DNA of 64,000 bases from Ramazzottius varieornatus (Eukaryota; Animalia; Tardigrada): NCBI GenBank assembly GCA_001949185.1, contig BDGG01000002.1:1209481-1273480 (forward strand), in the 5' to 3' direction. The notes under the pieces were generated by a model that saw nothing but the letters and a program-made list of their open reading frames with translations, ran no database searches and was not told where the DNA came from. Both the position numbers and the translations under genes were made by a program. The first letter of the stretch is position 1. Each line of letters starts with the position of its first letter. Shown here one piece after another: positions 17,426 to 31,216 of the stretch.

Positions 17426-20400
17426 ATGGCAACTCTTCAAGGACTTTCGGGATTTGATTCGCGGTTGCTCAACCTACTCCTGATCTGCACATTGTTTTGT
17501 GGAATTTTGAATGCTCAACAAGAAGGTCGAGACCCTGGTCGGGACCGGGTAAATAGCTCAAAATTCACTTTGTTCTGTTTCAAGCAAATTTGTAGCATTA
17601 GCATTACTTAACACAAAAAAAACCACTTGTTCAAATTTAATAGAACTTTACTATTTTGTTCTTAATTTGCGTCTGTTTACGATCACCTTGAAGGCCTGTT
17701 TAAGCCTAACTGTCCATACTGGGTTGACCTGAGCTAACACAGACGGTCTCTGAATCAAACAGGGAGGTTGCTGATGATTCGAAACCGGTACCAGTTGGCT
17801 GATGGATTAGCTTATCAGCTACCGTATCTTCGATATTTACCCTGCGCAAATGTTTGGCAAAAAATGGATATGAATTTTAGCAGTAAATACATCTTATTAT
17901 TTGGAGACGTACTGTAGTATTTTGGTTGAAGAAACAACAAATTTTCTTCGTCTTCACGCCGCTTTCGTTGTCATTTTGCTACGTTTTGCTTTCCAAGTAT
18001 ACTGTATGGGAATAATGTTTATCGGTGGCGTCTTCTCTAGGCTTGCGAAGGATGCTCACAGCCGCAGCAGTGCAAATGTTACGGCAGTAAAGGAGAGTCT
18101 GTAAGTGCTGCATGCTTTTCCCTATAACTTCCGGTTGTTCAATAGACCGGTTTGGGAGGTGTATTCTGATGAGATATAAATGGATTGAAACAACCGTAGG
18201 GAGCTTTCGGCAACCTGGGACTACAAGGACCGCCTGGTCAACCCGGATATATGGGCGCAGAAGGCGCTCCCGGCCCTCCGGGTTTGTGCCGTCATTCTCA
18301 GCAGTCTACGGCTGAGTTCTTCGGCAGTGATAAGCATATCAAGGTTGTTGTCACTTGTTCTTGTAGGCGAGATTGGAGACCGTGGAGAGGTTGGCCCACT
18401 TGGACCAAAAGGTCAGCGTGGCACTCTAGGACAAACTGGAGCTGCTGGGCCACCAGGCATGAATGTAAGTAGTCTCCAGGTTCTCCGACATACTGTATGA
18501 CGATTAGCTCAAACCGTGAATTCCCTTTTCCTAGGGTATGATCGGCTTGGAAGGTCCTCGTGGTCCAAATGGCATTGACGGCTGTAACGGAACAGACGTT
18601 AGTGCTACGGAATTCAATTTCCTGATTTTTACCTCTGCGAAATTGTCTCTGCACGCTGTTTCATGAGGGGATTTTGTAGGGAGGTCCTGGTTTACCTGGT
18701 CCTTACGGTCCATCCGGCGTTCCCGGCCTTCCGGGTTTGTCTGGTCCCAAGGGTCTGAGAGTAAGTCCTTCAAGAGCATGCGTGTTTGCTCTGGAAAAAA
18801 CAACAGTCGTGACGGCGTCTTTTTATCGAACAGGGAGAGACTGGTGAAGGAGGTATCAACTCTTTTGGCCTGAAAGGAGACTCTGGAACGCCCGGAATTC
18901 CCGGAGTCGGAGTAAGTAGCCATTCATCGATTGTCGAAACTATTGAGCGCTCGTTCTGACTCAGTACCATATCACGTAGGGATTGCCTGGTCAACCTGGA
19001 CGAGATGGTCCTAAAGGCCCGAAAGGAAACGCTGGACGACCTGTAAGTACAGTATCAGCAGTATGTGGGACGTCGGCAACGATTTCACCCAGGTTTTCAT
19101 CTCATATGGCGCACGTTTCCACTGTAATCAGCCGAGAGCACGCGCCACTTGGGGTGACGACCGGGGTGGACGAATTTTCCAACTTTCCTGTACTAGCGCA
19201 TGTTTCACAGTATTCCATCGTTATGCTGCTGCAACTGATGTTTCGTAAGAGGTGTGTTTTCTAGGGTATGCCAGGTGCTCCAGGTTTGCCCGGTATACCT
19301 GGTCCACAAGGTGTCGGCAAGATGGGTGATCGCGGTGACAAAGGTTTGCCAGGTCTGCCTGGTCCACCAGGCCGCAGCCGTGGCTTCCTCCCTGGACCTC
19401 AACCCCAACCTGGCTTCCCCGAGTTTCTCCAACAAGTGATCGGACAACCTGGCCGAGAAGGCTACAAGGGTGACCGTGGTACATCCGGCCCACCCGGTAT
19501 CCCTGGAAACCCTGGTCTGGACGGCTTTCCTGGTCGACATGGCCGCAAAGGCGAGAAAGGTGGCCCTGGTGAAGCCGGACCTTTCGGCAAAATGGGCAAG
19601 GTAACGGAATCTTTTTCCGTAGTTGAGAACCGGGCAAATAAAACGTACAAGTTTGTCGTGCGAAGTGGCGTGGGCTTGCGCTGTTACCTGCTGGAAGAAT
19701 GCGCCACTTAGAAAGAGCGACGATACGATCTTCCCAGTAGCGCACCCATCCACTGTTATTTGCTGGAAGAGTGCGCCACTAAAGGTTAGGGACTTGTACG
19801 TTTACTTGCTCAACCAATCGATGGTAGCACCGAAAAACTTAGTTTTGCTTCTATCTTTCCAGGACGGTCCACCGGGCCAAGCTGGACGCAAAGGTGAAGT
19901 CGGTTATCCCGGTCTACCTGGTTTGGATGGACCGAAAGGAGCCAAAGGTTCACTCGGTCTTCAAGGCGACAGTGGTCGACCGGGTCTATCTGGTGACCAA
20001 GGTTTGCCTGGCCGAACAATAGAAGGACAAGGCGGCAGCCCACCTGGGCCGATGGGACCAGCTGGTCCCAAGGGCTACAAAGGTGATACTGGATACCGTG
20101 GAAGACCTGGCTTGCCTGGCCGATTGGGTGAACGAGGACCGCCCGGTGCTCCTGGTATCGATGGCACACCTGGTGTTCCTGGTAGTCAAGGCGCGTCCAT
20201 TAACGGCGACCTCGGTGACGATGGTAAGCAATGCATTCTTGAGAATACTCAGCTAAGCTGTGATTGTTAGGCAGAATACGACGTTTGTTCTTGCGAAAAA
20301 TTCTAAGTACATACATGTGCAGGAATCTGTGAAGAGGTGGACCTGTCTATCGTAAACAAGTTTGTAAAATACTAGGAATCAACGAGCAAGGTTTCGTCCT

Positions 20401-23400
20401 GTAAACGAAGATGTTATAATAGGTTCAAAAAAATCTACCCGGATTCCGAACACCGAATTTTACTCAGCTGCGAATCTTTATTTAAAGGTGAACCCGGCGC
20501 GGATGGAGTTCCCGGCGAGAACGGTCTGCCTGGTCCACAAGGCATGAGCGGCGAGAAAGGTCAACCCGGTGTAACGGTAGAAGGACCTCTAGGGTTCGCT
20601 GGTCGTGACGGTCGACCCGGGTTTTACGGGCCCAAAGGCAGCGTCGGTGATCGGGGTCCGTCTGGTGAGAAGGGTGAGGCTGGCACAATCCTCCAGCCTC
20701 GTTACCCTGGCGGCATTGGTGTCAAGGGTGGCATCGGCGACACTGGGGATCGTGGTCCAGATGGCATGGATGGCGAAAACGGCCCGAAAGGCCAACGCGG
20801 AGATGACTGCGGTGTCTGTGGAGGTGGGCGACCTGGCTGGAAGGGTGATCAAGGTGACGTCGGCTATGATGGACAACAAGGTCCGGCTGGAGCTCCAGGT
20901 GCAGCGGGACCGCAAGGTCGCAAAGGCCCGGAAGGATATCAAGGACCTCGTGGCTTGGACGGAGACAGAGTAAGTGAAGCGAGAGGTCTAAGAATATCCA
21001 TTATTACGAGGGAAGGTTGTAAAGTTAGCCGTCCAGGTTCGTCTGTTTTCTCCTAGTTACTCCCAAACATTTATGGATAGATTGATAGATGAACCAATGG
21101 GCTGTCGAGTTGTACCAGGTACAGTCAACTTGAGGGTTCAGAGAATCCAAGAGATCCGCAATTAAAGCAACGTTAGAATCCCATGTTAAAATGCTAAGAC
21201 TGACGAGCAAACACTCAATCAACCAACACACACTACGGCCGACGTAAGATCTAACACATCCTCAGCATTTGGTAATTCCTCGTAGCTATCGCATAACGAC
21301 GTCATGGTCTCTTCAGCTACGATCAGGGTTGCCAGGTCTTTCATAACACGTTGTTCCTCTTTTTGGGAAAAAAATGATCTTACTTGCGATGTATAATAAG
21401 AGCGGAACAACTGAGACAAGCGATCGCTCGAAAACAAATACTGATAGCTGTAGGTTCAGAAATATCTGATGCATTCAGCTACAACAGAAGAGGAGAAATG
21501 ATTGATTGGTCGATCGCATATGAGGGAGGGGCAATCAACTTTTCAACTTCTCTTCTCCCAAAAATTTGCCCCATATTTGAATGGAACTAATGTAGTCTGA
21601 GTTTTACATTCAAGCGGGTTTCTCAAGGAATATGTGAAACAATATCGTAGAAAAATATTCGTTCTGGTTAAGTCAAAGTTGTGGTCATGTGTGAAAACTT
21701 TTGGTACACGCACGATGGGTAATTATCGGACAGTAAAAAATATGAGACAGGCGGAAACGATGGCAAAACGGAAAATCAACCGTAGAAAAGTGTCGAAAAG
21801 TGCAGTGGGATGCTTCTTGAACTTCGCGAACGCGAAGAGTTTACGGGGATGGTGACGCATACAGTACACGCTTACTGTGACGCAATTCGCGAAATTGAAG
21901 AAGCATTACAGTATTATTGTGGATCGGTCGAGTAGGTACGTCCTTCCGTACCGCCGTAGCGAATAGGCCTGTCCCATCATTTTTACTGTCCCATAATTGA
22001 TTACCTATCGTGCGTGTACGCTGACTCTGACTCTGATTTGCAAAACGGATTTGCGAAACGGCAGAAGTCCTTTTTTGACCATCGTTTTGCTTGCAGGGTG
22101 TCGACGGTCGCAACGGCAGCAAAGGTTCGAAGGGTGAAGGCGGCGAAGCCGGTATTGTCATCTTCCCGCCGACAATCGCTCCAGAGAAAGGCGCCAAGGG
22201 AGACCGTGGCTTGGACGGAGCCCAAGGTGCTCCCGGCGGACCTGGACGACCAGGCGCGCCAGGCTTCCCTGGATTACCGGGTCAAACAGGCCAGAAGGTA
22301 GGCCGTGTTTTAATGCACCACTGCACCACCCGGTAATACTTGTGGCAATCGTTTGACATTCTTCCAGGGCGATCTCGGTGACGATGGCAACGCAGGCCTA
22401 CCAGGCGTCCCCGGTCTGCCTGGCCGACCTGGAAATCAAGGTCCTCCAGGTCCTCCCAGCCTGCAAGGACCTCCTGGCCGCAAGGGTGAAGGCGGTAATC
22501 GTGGTCTGCCTGGCTTACCCGGTATCAAGGGCGCTAAAGGTAGGTCAATTCGGTGTTTCTTCCACGTTTTTCCAGAGATAAAGCAAGCAAAATTTAATAT
22601 TTTCAAGTGGCGCACGAATCCATTGCCACTGGCGGTAAGCACTAGCCGTCCGAAATAATTATATTTGGTGGCGCACGCTTTCATTGTTATATGCGGAAAC
22701 CATGCGCCATATGAAATATGGTTCTTTTGGCCTAGCTCGTAGTTCTTCCTTCGGATTCTGGACGTGTGATCGTTTTCTAGGTGAAACCGGCCCCTTGTTT
22801 GCTCAGAGTGAGATCCTTATACCTAAAGGAGACCAAGGTTGGCCTGGTCGACCTGGTGCACCAGGCTATGATGGGGCTAAGGGATTCAAAGGAGACAGTG
22901 GCTTGGCTGGTGAACCTGGGTACAAGGGGGCCATGGGCGATGAAGGATACCCTGGCCGTCCTGGAATTCTTGGGGCTATCGGTGAACCTGGTTACCCTGG
23001 TGTGAAGGGCGATGATGGCTTTATGGGACTTCCTGGGCTGCCTGGTCGACGTGGCGCATCTGGCCAATTCGGTCTCAAAGGCATCAAGGTACGAAAATCT
23101 GCACCCAGAAGAAACGCTGCAAGACTCCTTCTTGAGTTTATCAGAGGAGATTCCAAAAGTACCTGTAGAATAGTCCACATTTTCCCATGTTTAAAAGAAT
23201 AAATTCATGTGTCTAGCAATGACTATCCAAAGGAATTTTTCTTGTTTGTTGGTATCGTGAATGGCAGATTACCGTTTTGCGAATAGTCGAATGATTTTTA
23301 ATATGACACAGTTAGAACATCATGGCATAAGATATATTTGATTCGCTTTCTCCTAGGGTGATCGTGGCGAGGACGGTCCAAGTGTCGGTATCGACGGAGC

Positions 23401-26400
23401 TCCTGGTCGTGAAGGTCCATGGGGTCCGAAAGGTGCTCGTGGTGAGGCTGGTGATGACGGGCCACGTGGACCAGACGGTATCGCAGGTCGACGCGGCTTG
23501 CCTGGTGACTCTGGACGACCGGGTGTCCCTGGTCCACCAGGTCTCAACGGACCCAAGGGTGATATCGGTGAAGTCTTCGGAGCTCCTCCAGGCCCAAAGG
23601 GTTTCGCTGGAGAGTCCGGCTTCCCCGGCTTCCCTGGTGGAAAGGGAGATCGTGGAACAAACGGTCTACCGGGTATCAACGGATTGAAGGGCGTCAAAGG
23701 TGACCTCGGTGCCGGTGGCCTACCTGGTGCTCCGGGTTTTCCTGGTGCTCGCGGCTTAGCTGGTCCTCGTGGTTTGGATGGTACACCTGGCTTTGGAGGT
23801 ATGAAAATGAGAACCAGAACAGAATACTCTTCCCCATGTCATAACATGTTGCAGTGTAGTGACTGCTCAACTTTCGAGTACCTGCATACAGCTCACAGTG
23901 TACCTGAAATGGCTTTATGGTATGCAGGTACTTGCGAAATGGCGCATCGAACTTGTTTAATTCTACATGGCGGATGTTATTGATACGTCGTAGGTTTGAA
24001 GGGAGCCAAGGGCGACTACGGTTTCCCAGGACGACCGGGCCCTAACGGGTTCCCCGGAATACCTGGCTTGGCTGGAGCGAAGGGTTTCAAAGGCGACGCC
24101 GGTCTGGATGGTCGAGATGGCTTCCCTGGTGTCTCTGGTCTGAAAGGTATGGCTGGCACACCCGGAATGCCTGGTTTACCTGGTCAGCGCGGAGAAAGCG
24201 GAGGCGAAGGCACGCGTGGACCCAAGGGCGACATGGGAGATGCCGGTATGTGGACATAAAACAGCCAATGGTGGAAAAACTAACAGTTTGGTTGCACACC
24301 AATACATTAAAATACATTAGAGAAACGTCTGGAATCACAGACGCTGATTCCACACCTTGGAGTGACTATACCACTATCATTTGCGGTTAAGAGCGTTGTG
24401 GTAGTCTTCGCTGAATTCTGTGCATTAATGCGATCGAATTCAACCAATAATTTTACATTAATCGACGTAGGCTATCCCGGTGCACCGGGCTTCCCCGGTA
24501 CACCAGGCCGACCTGGGCTGAAGGGAGCCCGCGGTGAAGACGGCGCAGTGATTGGTGGCGCCGTCGGTCTGCCAGGCTTCGCTGGTCGACCTGGCATTCC
24601 TGGAGCTCCTGGAACCAAAGGCGAACGTGGAGACATGGGCTTCGAAGGGCTTCCAGGTATTCGCCGTCCACAACCGGCATAATCAGCCTTCTTTCCTTCG
24701 GGAATGATTCGAATACTAAAACTTGATGTGTGGTATTTTAGGCGTTAATGGTATCAAGGGCGAACGTGGTGACAACGGTCTGCCTGGTAGACCTGGTCTG
24801 CCTGGATCGATTACGGCGAAGGGTGCCAGAGGCGACAGTGGCGCGAATGGACGACCTGGAACACCTGGAGCTTCGGTAAGTTGTCGATAACGGGTATGCC
24901 AAAGTGTTGTACTTGGGATGCCAGTATAACGTGAATTTTCTTACAGGGGGATGATGGCTTAGCAGGCTATCCAGGCGTGAAAGGTCTAGCCGGCACTCCC
25001 GGCATGCCTGGTCTACCTGGTGCACCAGGTACCCCCGGTGTCAAGGGCTTCAAAGGTGATGAAGGCTTCGCTGGACTGCCTGGTCGACAAGGAGCTCCTG
25101 GCCGTCGCGGTGATAGCGGCCTGCCCGGTCTTGGTGGTGTCAAAGGCGCGATTGGCGATGACGGTCTCGCTGGCTTCCCGGGTCTCAAAGGCATGAGCGG
25201 AACACCTGGTATTCCAGGCCGACCTGGACTTGATGGACGGATTGGCGGAGCTGGTAAGATTCTTTGGGACGACGACAAAGCATTTCATCCAACCGCTGTT
25301 CCCAAGTGGCGCACACTGTCTGCCGGTCAAAAACGTGCGCCACCTTGGTACGATGGAATCAACCAGGTCGTTTTCCCCAGGTGGCGCACAATCTCAGGTG
25401 ATAACTATGAAGAGGTGCGCCACGTGGGAGACCGATCTGGAGGAAATCTTTTGTCGACGACCGTTGTTCCCTTGGTTCTTTAGGTTTTATGTTTTGATTT
25501 GCAAACGACGATACTCAGTACTTTGATATTTACAGGCACTCCTGGCCGACCTGGTGAAATTGGTGAGCCTGGTCTAACTGGCCTGTCCCGCAAGGGAGAA
25601 CGTGGTGCTGCTGGATTCCCCGGTACTCCTGGTCCCAACGGTAATATTCCTTACTCTTGGGTCGAAAGTCTTCAACGCTGTATCTGGTCTCTGAAGCAGA
25701 CGTCTATATTCTTCAGGACTTGCTGGAGCAAAGGGTGATCAAGGTTATCCAGGCCGCAATGGCCTACCCGGTGCACCAGGCAAGCCTGGATATGGACCTC
25801 CCGGCCAGAAGGGTTTCGCCGGAAACCCAGGCCTACCCGGCTATGCTGGTAAGTCCCGTATTTCCCTTTTCACAACTGCCCCTTGATTGAGTGCTCGAGT
25901 GGTTTGAATGAGCGAGAATTTCCCAAATTAGAAGAAACCATGTCAAATGCAAAGAAACGATCTGACAACCCACCTAGAGTTAACTGGTGGTCTCCCCATT
26001 GTTCAACCGGGAAGACGTATTACGATATTCTCCTCTTTTGCTTACAGGACGACCAGGACCAGTCGGCCCACCAGGTCTACCTGGTGCTCCGGGTTCAGCT
26101 GGCTTCAAGGGTGACGCTGGTGATTACGGTTTACCAGCTGTTGGAACGGAAGGACCTAAGGGCGCTCGTGGTGACGCGGTACGTACTTGTCCGCTCTGCA
26201 GGACATGCGAGTATGTTTAAAGTCAACCTGATGGCTTTTATAGGGTGTAAATGGATTCCCCGGACAGCCAGGTCGCAAAGGTCCACGTGGCGACGACGGT
26301 ATCCCCGGCATCGGCGGACCAAAGGGACCGATCGGCGATGAAGGTTACGCTGGTCGTCCTGGTCAGGCCGGTTTCGGCGGTGCAAAGGGAGCTAAGGGTG

Positions 26401-28196
26401 AAGCTGCCCAACGCGCCATGTCTCAACCCCGAGCTCCAGGTATCAAGGGTTACAAGGGTGACCAAGGCTCCCCTGGAGAGAATGGCCGAACTGGACAACC
26501 CGGCATCCCAGGTTGGTGTGTCCTCTGTTCAAGGTTACAGTCCACATCGACTCAACTATGACCACGTTATACCTTCGTTTTTCAGGTGCACCTGGTCTGA
26601 AAGGAACACGCGGTGAACTTGGCCAAGATGGTATTCCGGGTCTGCCTGGTCTTCCTGGTACTCGAGGCGAAGACGGACTTCCGGGCCTCAAAGGTGGGTT
26701 GAACAATTCACATTTGTCCGCCTGCGACGTCGGTAGAAAGATCATCCAGATTCTTCTCTCAAGTGGCGCACGCTTTAGGCAAAAAGAACGAAGACGTGCG
26801 CCTTTTGATGGGAAGCATTCAAACCTGACGTGAATGACTTCCAGGTGGCGCACGCTCAGTGCGATATTGGCTGGTGGTGTGCGCCACTGAGGAAAATAGT
26901 TTTATACCTTTCGTTTGCCGGCCTTCAATATGTCAGAGAGCTTTTGAATGTGGTGTGAAACTGAATCTTGTTCAGGTACTGCCGGTATCGTTGGCTACGA
27001 AGGCCAACCCGGTATTCCTGGCTCCCCCGGTCGACCTGGACCTCCGCCTAAGCCTCGTGGATTCGTCTACGCTGTCCACAGCCAGACGGAAGTGATTCCA
27101 CAGTGTCCTGGTGGAACTTCCCGCTTGTGGACTGGTTACTCTATGCTGTTCCTTCAAGGAAACTCGAGAGCTGCTGGTCAAGATCTCGGTATGAACTCAG
27201 CCTTTCTCTTTTTTTCTTCCAAAAGGCGGTCTCTTCATACAATCTTCCACGTAGGTGCACCCGGAAGTTGCATGAGGAGATTCAGTACAGCTCCTTTCAT
27301 GTTCTGTTCCATCCTGAACACCTGCAACTATGCCAACCGAGGTGACTACAGCTACTGGCTATCCACCGAAGCTCCCATGCCCATGAGCATGGAGAACATT
27401 TTCGGTCAAGATATCCAGAAATACATCAGTCGCTGCTCGGTCTGCGAAACTGACACCCAGATGATCGCAGTTCACAGTCAAAGTCTGCAAGTACCGCAAT
27501 GCCCTGCTGGATGGCAAGCAATGTACCCCGGCTATTCCTTCGCCATGGTGGGTAGCACATGATTCATCCACATAGAAAACAAAGCCTTTCATTTGGAATC
27601 GTCCGATCAAGTACCCCGATTTCTCATCCAGTGTGTTTCGGTCGTATGGCACACTATAATAGAAACCAGGGCCTAATAACCCGCCAAGCTATGGACAGGT
27701 ACCTTGGTTTCTGTCGCGATGTGCCATTTTATTCATAAGGTACACTGTAGTAGAAACTAAGGGTGACGAACTGATCGGGCTGTGATAAAGTACCATGGTT
27801 TCGGTTTCAACGTCTCACCATGGTGTTTTCTACGAGTGGCACGGTGCCAGTGGTAATTTGTTTGAAATTCTTTTGCAGCACACGGCAGCTGGCGCTGAAG
27901 GTAACGGCCAAAGTCTGGTATCGCCCGGTTCCTGCCTGCAAGAGTTCCGTACGCAGCCCTTCATCGAGTGTCACGGTACCGGCGGCTGCAACTACTTTGC
28001 CACCACGCTAAGCTTCTGGATGACGACACAAGAAGAGTCCGAGCAGTTCAGCAAGCCGCGACCTCAAACGTTGAAGGCTGGCGCCGTGCGTCAACGGGTG
28101 AGCCGTTGTCAAGTCTGCCGACGGATACCGCCGGCCTTACAGATCCAGCAGCAACAACAGACACAACAGCAAAGAGAGAGGTTCCAACGTGGTTGA
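17426..28196 (+). CDS. COL4A1: Collagen type IV, alpha1-like chain (signal peptide, 7S Cys region, interrupted Gly-X-Y domain, NC1)
   Basis: Signal peptide exon 17426-17548, 7S exon [20 protein letters not shown], many Gly-X-Y exons. NC1 has [78 protein letters not shown] and ECHG are alpha1-type rather than alpha2-type. Confidence 0.95.
21240..21927 (+). repeat. ~690-bp near-identical duplicate of 44741-45421 inside a collagen intron
   Basis: Direct base-by-base match with few substitutions and one small indel. Confidence 0.92.
21707..22016. mobile_element. CACGCACGA-ended MITE (TA TSD); other copies at 54242-54438, 61893-62060, partial 45201-45421 and ~59370-59435
   Basis: TA|CACGCACGATGGGTAATTATCGGACAGT ... 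ACTGTCCCATAATTGATTACCTATCGTGCGTG|TA. The copies share an internal GGCAAAA..CCGTRGAAAAGTG core. Confidence 0.85.
25298..25430. repeat. Intronic ~80-bp inverted-arm unit array (2 units)
   Basis: CCCAAGTGGCGCAC-20-GTGCGCCACCTTGG then CCCAGGTGGCGCAC-25-GTGCGCCACGTGG. Confidence 0.85.
26755..26895. repeat. Intronic ~80-bp inverted-arm unit array (2 units)
   Basis: AAGTGGCGCAC-24-GTGCGCC then CCAGGTGGCGCAC-25-GTGCGCCACT, period 82. Confidence 0.85.
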
Positions 28197-28625
28197 GAAG
28201 AACTATTTTAGTGATACTCTCAGAAAAATAAGTTTACGTTGGTGATTTTGTTTGTACGGTTCTTTTCTTCTGGAGAAGGAAGAAAAACACTGCCATGATG
28301 TTTATCCTTGCATTTACCTTTTGCTACACTGCGTCGACAACGTTTCTACTTGTTATGCTGAGATCGTTCTTGCATTTTTCGGGCATCTATGCCATTTTAT
28401 ACTCTGGCGTCGACTTACATAAAAGTATAGGAAAAGAAAAACACTGATGGACAGATCACAGACGAACGATAAAACCATACAAAACAGTGATCATAAATTA
28501 CGTCATGAAAGATGGCTTCCTTATGTCAGATCCGTTCGTTGGTCGCCTTTTCTTTCCAAGCAAGCGCACCATGTGATTTGAAGTGTTCTTGCTCGAATCT
28601 GTTATTGATGGCTTCCGAACCGTTC

Positions 28626-30012
28626 TCAGCCGTCAGCGAACGATAGTTGGTCGCCATGAGCATTCAAACGGAGCCAGTCCAAGTAGTTGGGCACTCGTGT
28701 GTACACGCCACCGATCCCACGTGCGCAGCCCATGCCGTAGGACACGATACCGACTTGGTAATGAGATCGTCGTCGAGCATCAAAGCACACCAAGGGTCCG
28801 CCGCTGTCTCCTTGACAGGAGTCCTCCCCAGGTCGATCACCGGCACAGAGAATATTGTTCATGTTGGGTGGACCATTGGTCCCGTTCTGGATAAAACAGC
28901 TACCGCCAAATCGGGTAGGTAGGATGTTAAGGTGGACTGCTTTCAAAGGAGTTGGCCTGCGGCTGTTTCCACCACCTTCCTTCTCCAATCCGAACCTATA
29001 ATAAGTTGTGGAGGCTCGACAAACAAGCTGGACATGATCGTGTTTCCGAGTGGCGCACGCTTTCTGCTGATGACACCGAATGGTGCGTGCGCCATTTTTA
29101 TTAAATCGATCAAACAGACAGGTTGGCCGGGTTTCTTTTGACTTACCCACTAACGGAACAGATTTCTCCGACAGGTGGGACTTTGGGTCGCAAGCAAATC
29201 GGGCAGACACACGACCCACCAAAGTCAATGTCGTCATCCACCGTGAGGAGGGCGATGTCATTCTCGTTGCTGTTCTTGTTGAAGCGGGAGTTGATGACGA
29301 TGCGGATGACGTTGAACTCTTGAGCACAGCCATCGGAGATTCCGTCTGGATTTCTGATACTAGTTGTACTTGCCATGGCGCCGGTCTGAACCTTGAAGCG
29401 ATTGGGATCGTTGACTTGCCGCGTACTACAAAAAGCAACATTGATACCTGGAACGTCGGCAGATGGTTTTACCCCCTTCATTTTCTCATAGTGACGCACA
29501 CTGCAGCTAATAACAAGAGAGACGTTGGCGCCACTTGGAAAAACAATCCGGTCGGATTCGTTTATCAACGTCTAAATGCGCCTCGCGTTTGATGTTTACT
29601 TAAAGTTGATGACGCAGTGAACTGCGGTTAAGATGGTCCTTCGACCGATGATGGATCCTCCGCAAATGAAGAACCCATCACGGGACAATTTAGCCTGCCA
29701 GCAAGCATCTCCCATTCGGGCATCCTGTCCTCCAACGATTGTCGGCTCAGCCATCAATTCAGGGAAGTTTCCTTCCCGAGCACCGATCGTCCCAAAGTTG
29801 GCCAGCTGCAGCTGGAAAGGATCATCGTCGCCTCCGCGGGAGATTCCGCAAATGTCCTGCACTACGTCCCTCCTCTCAGATTTGCGTCCAGGCACAGCCA
29901 ACGCTGGCCTTGGAGGAGCAGTTATGGGTCTCCCGACTCTAATTTGACCAAAGATATCACCGAAAACACTGAAAATATAAAAGATAGCGAGGGAACATCT
30001 TATCACGCTCAT
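28626..30012 (-). CDS. Secreted trypsin-like serine protease (S1A); exons 30012-29600, 29425-29147, 28995-28626
   Basis: Signal peptide [18 protein letters not shown], then [27 protein letters not shown] (Asp at S1), GIVSYG and GVYTRV. Confidence 0.92.
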
Positions 30013-31216
30013 TTCACAAAACTGACAAAAAGTGTCGGCATCAAAGAAAATGACGGTATAAAATTTGACAAGTGCAGCCCACTTTTCAACACTTTTCATT
30101 ATACAAAGTATCTGCTGTTCTTTTCCAAGAGGTCGCTTAGTTGGTATTATCTTAGCTCGTTCGTGTCGTGTAATTCTGTTTGCTTTTGGGTTGAATAATT
30201 TGTGACTTTAGCGGTAAAATGTGCTCAATTAACAATAATTTGTCCTCCATTACAGTGTGATTGACGGTATACTCACAATTTATGGGTTCCAGTCAGCAGG
30301 TGTCGTTGGTTGAAGTCGGTTAGTCCGACGACTCACCGATGCTTTGATAAACCTTGAATAAGCATCACGATCCCGCACACACAGCAAAGCCTGTGGCAGT
30401 TGACAGTAAATTTGGTGTTATTACTGCATTGTGTCGTACGATTTTTTATTTGATGAAGCGTTTTCCCTGACTTGTCGTCCGAAAAATGTTGCATGGGGGG
30501 AACACAGAAGTTGCTTGGCTCCTGCTCTTATAGATTCCTTGTCCTGAGGGAAACAGCAAAAAGCAATCTTACATCGTCAAAGGTGTAAAATTCTCATCTC
30601 AAGCGGCGTTACTGGCTGGAAAAGTGCGCCCTTTGAGGAAACGATTTTTTCCTGTTTTTTCGCTTTCTCACTTGGCGCGCAGTTGCACTCCGATTAACCG
30701 AAAGCCTGCACCACCTGAAAAAATGATCTTGTCTGTTTCGTCTGACGGCCTTTCTAAATTTGCATATTTAATAATTCTGATTTGCGTGTCGGACCAGGAA
30801 AACGGAACAATGAGAAAGTACTCTCCACATCAAACAAAAAGTCTAATTTATGGCCATCACAAGAGATTAACCTCACTCGCTCTTGCATCAGTTGCATGGC
30901 CTGGATTGCGCATGAACGAACACCACTGATGACATTCGAACGCCCATCAATGCGTTCTTCAGTGTCGTCGGAAGAAGACGCGTTCGCGTGAACTCGAAGG
31001 TGCGAAGTACCAGTAGCTTTCACTATGCCATCGATGAACCTATTACTAACGTTTACTGCTTTTCGCCATTGTCATCATGGACGCTAGTTGTGATGCACCA
31101 AAACGCACCCCTGCAACGTTTTTCTGTTTGCTGGCCGGATGAATATTGGGCTCAAACTCAATGGTTGCACGTCATAAGCCATGCGTAGATAATTCCCTGC
31201 AGTAGGCGTTGTCTCC

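Noticed and set aside
15717-17440. ORFs upstream of collagen (e.g. 16354-16923, 17024-17440) as a divergent gene
   Set aside because: Low-complexity content, no consistent exon chain and no recognisable domain.
19205-26853. Long antisense and alternate-frame ORFs over collagen exons
   Set aside because: Expected shadows of Gly-X-Y codon periodicity.
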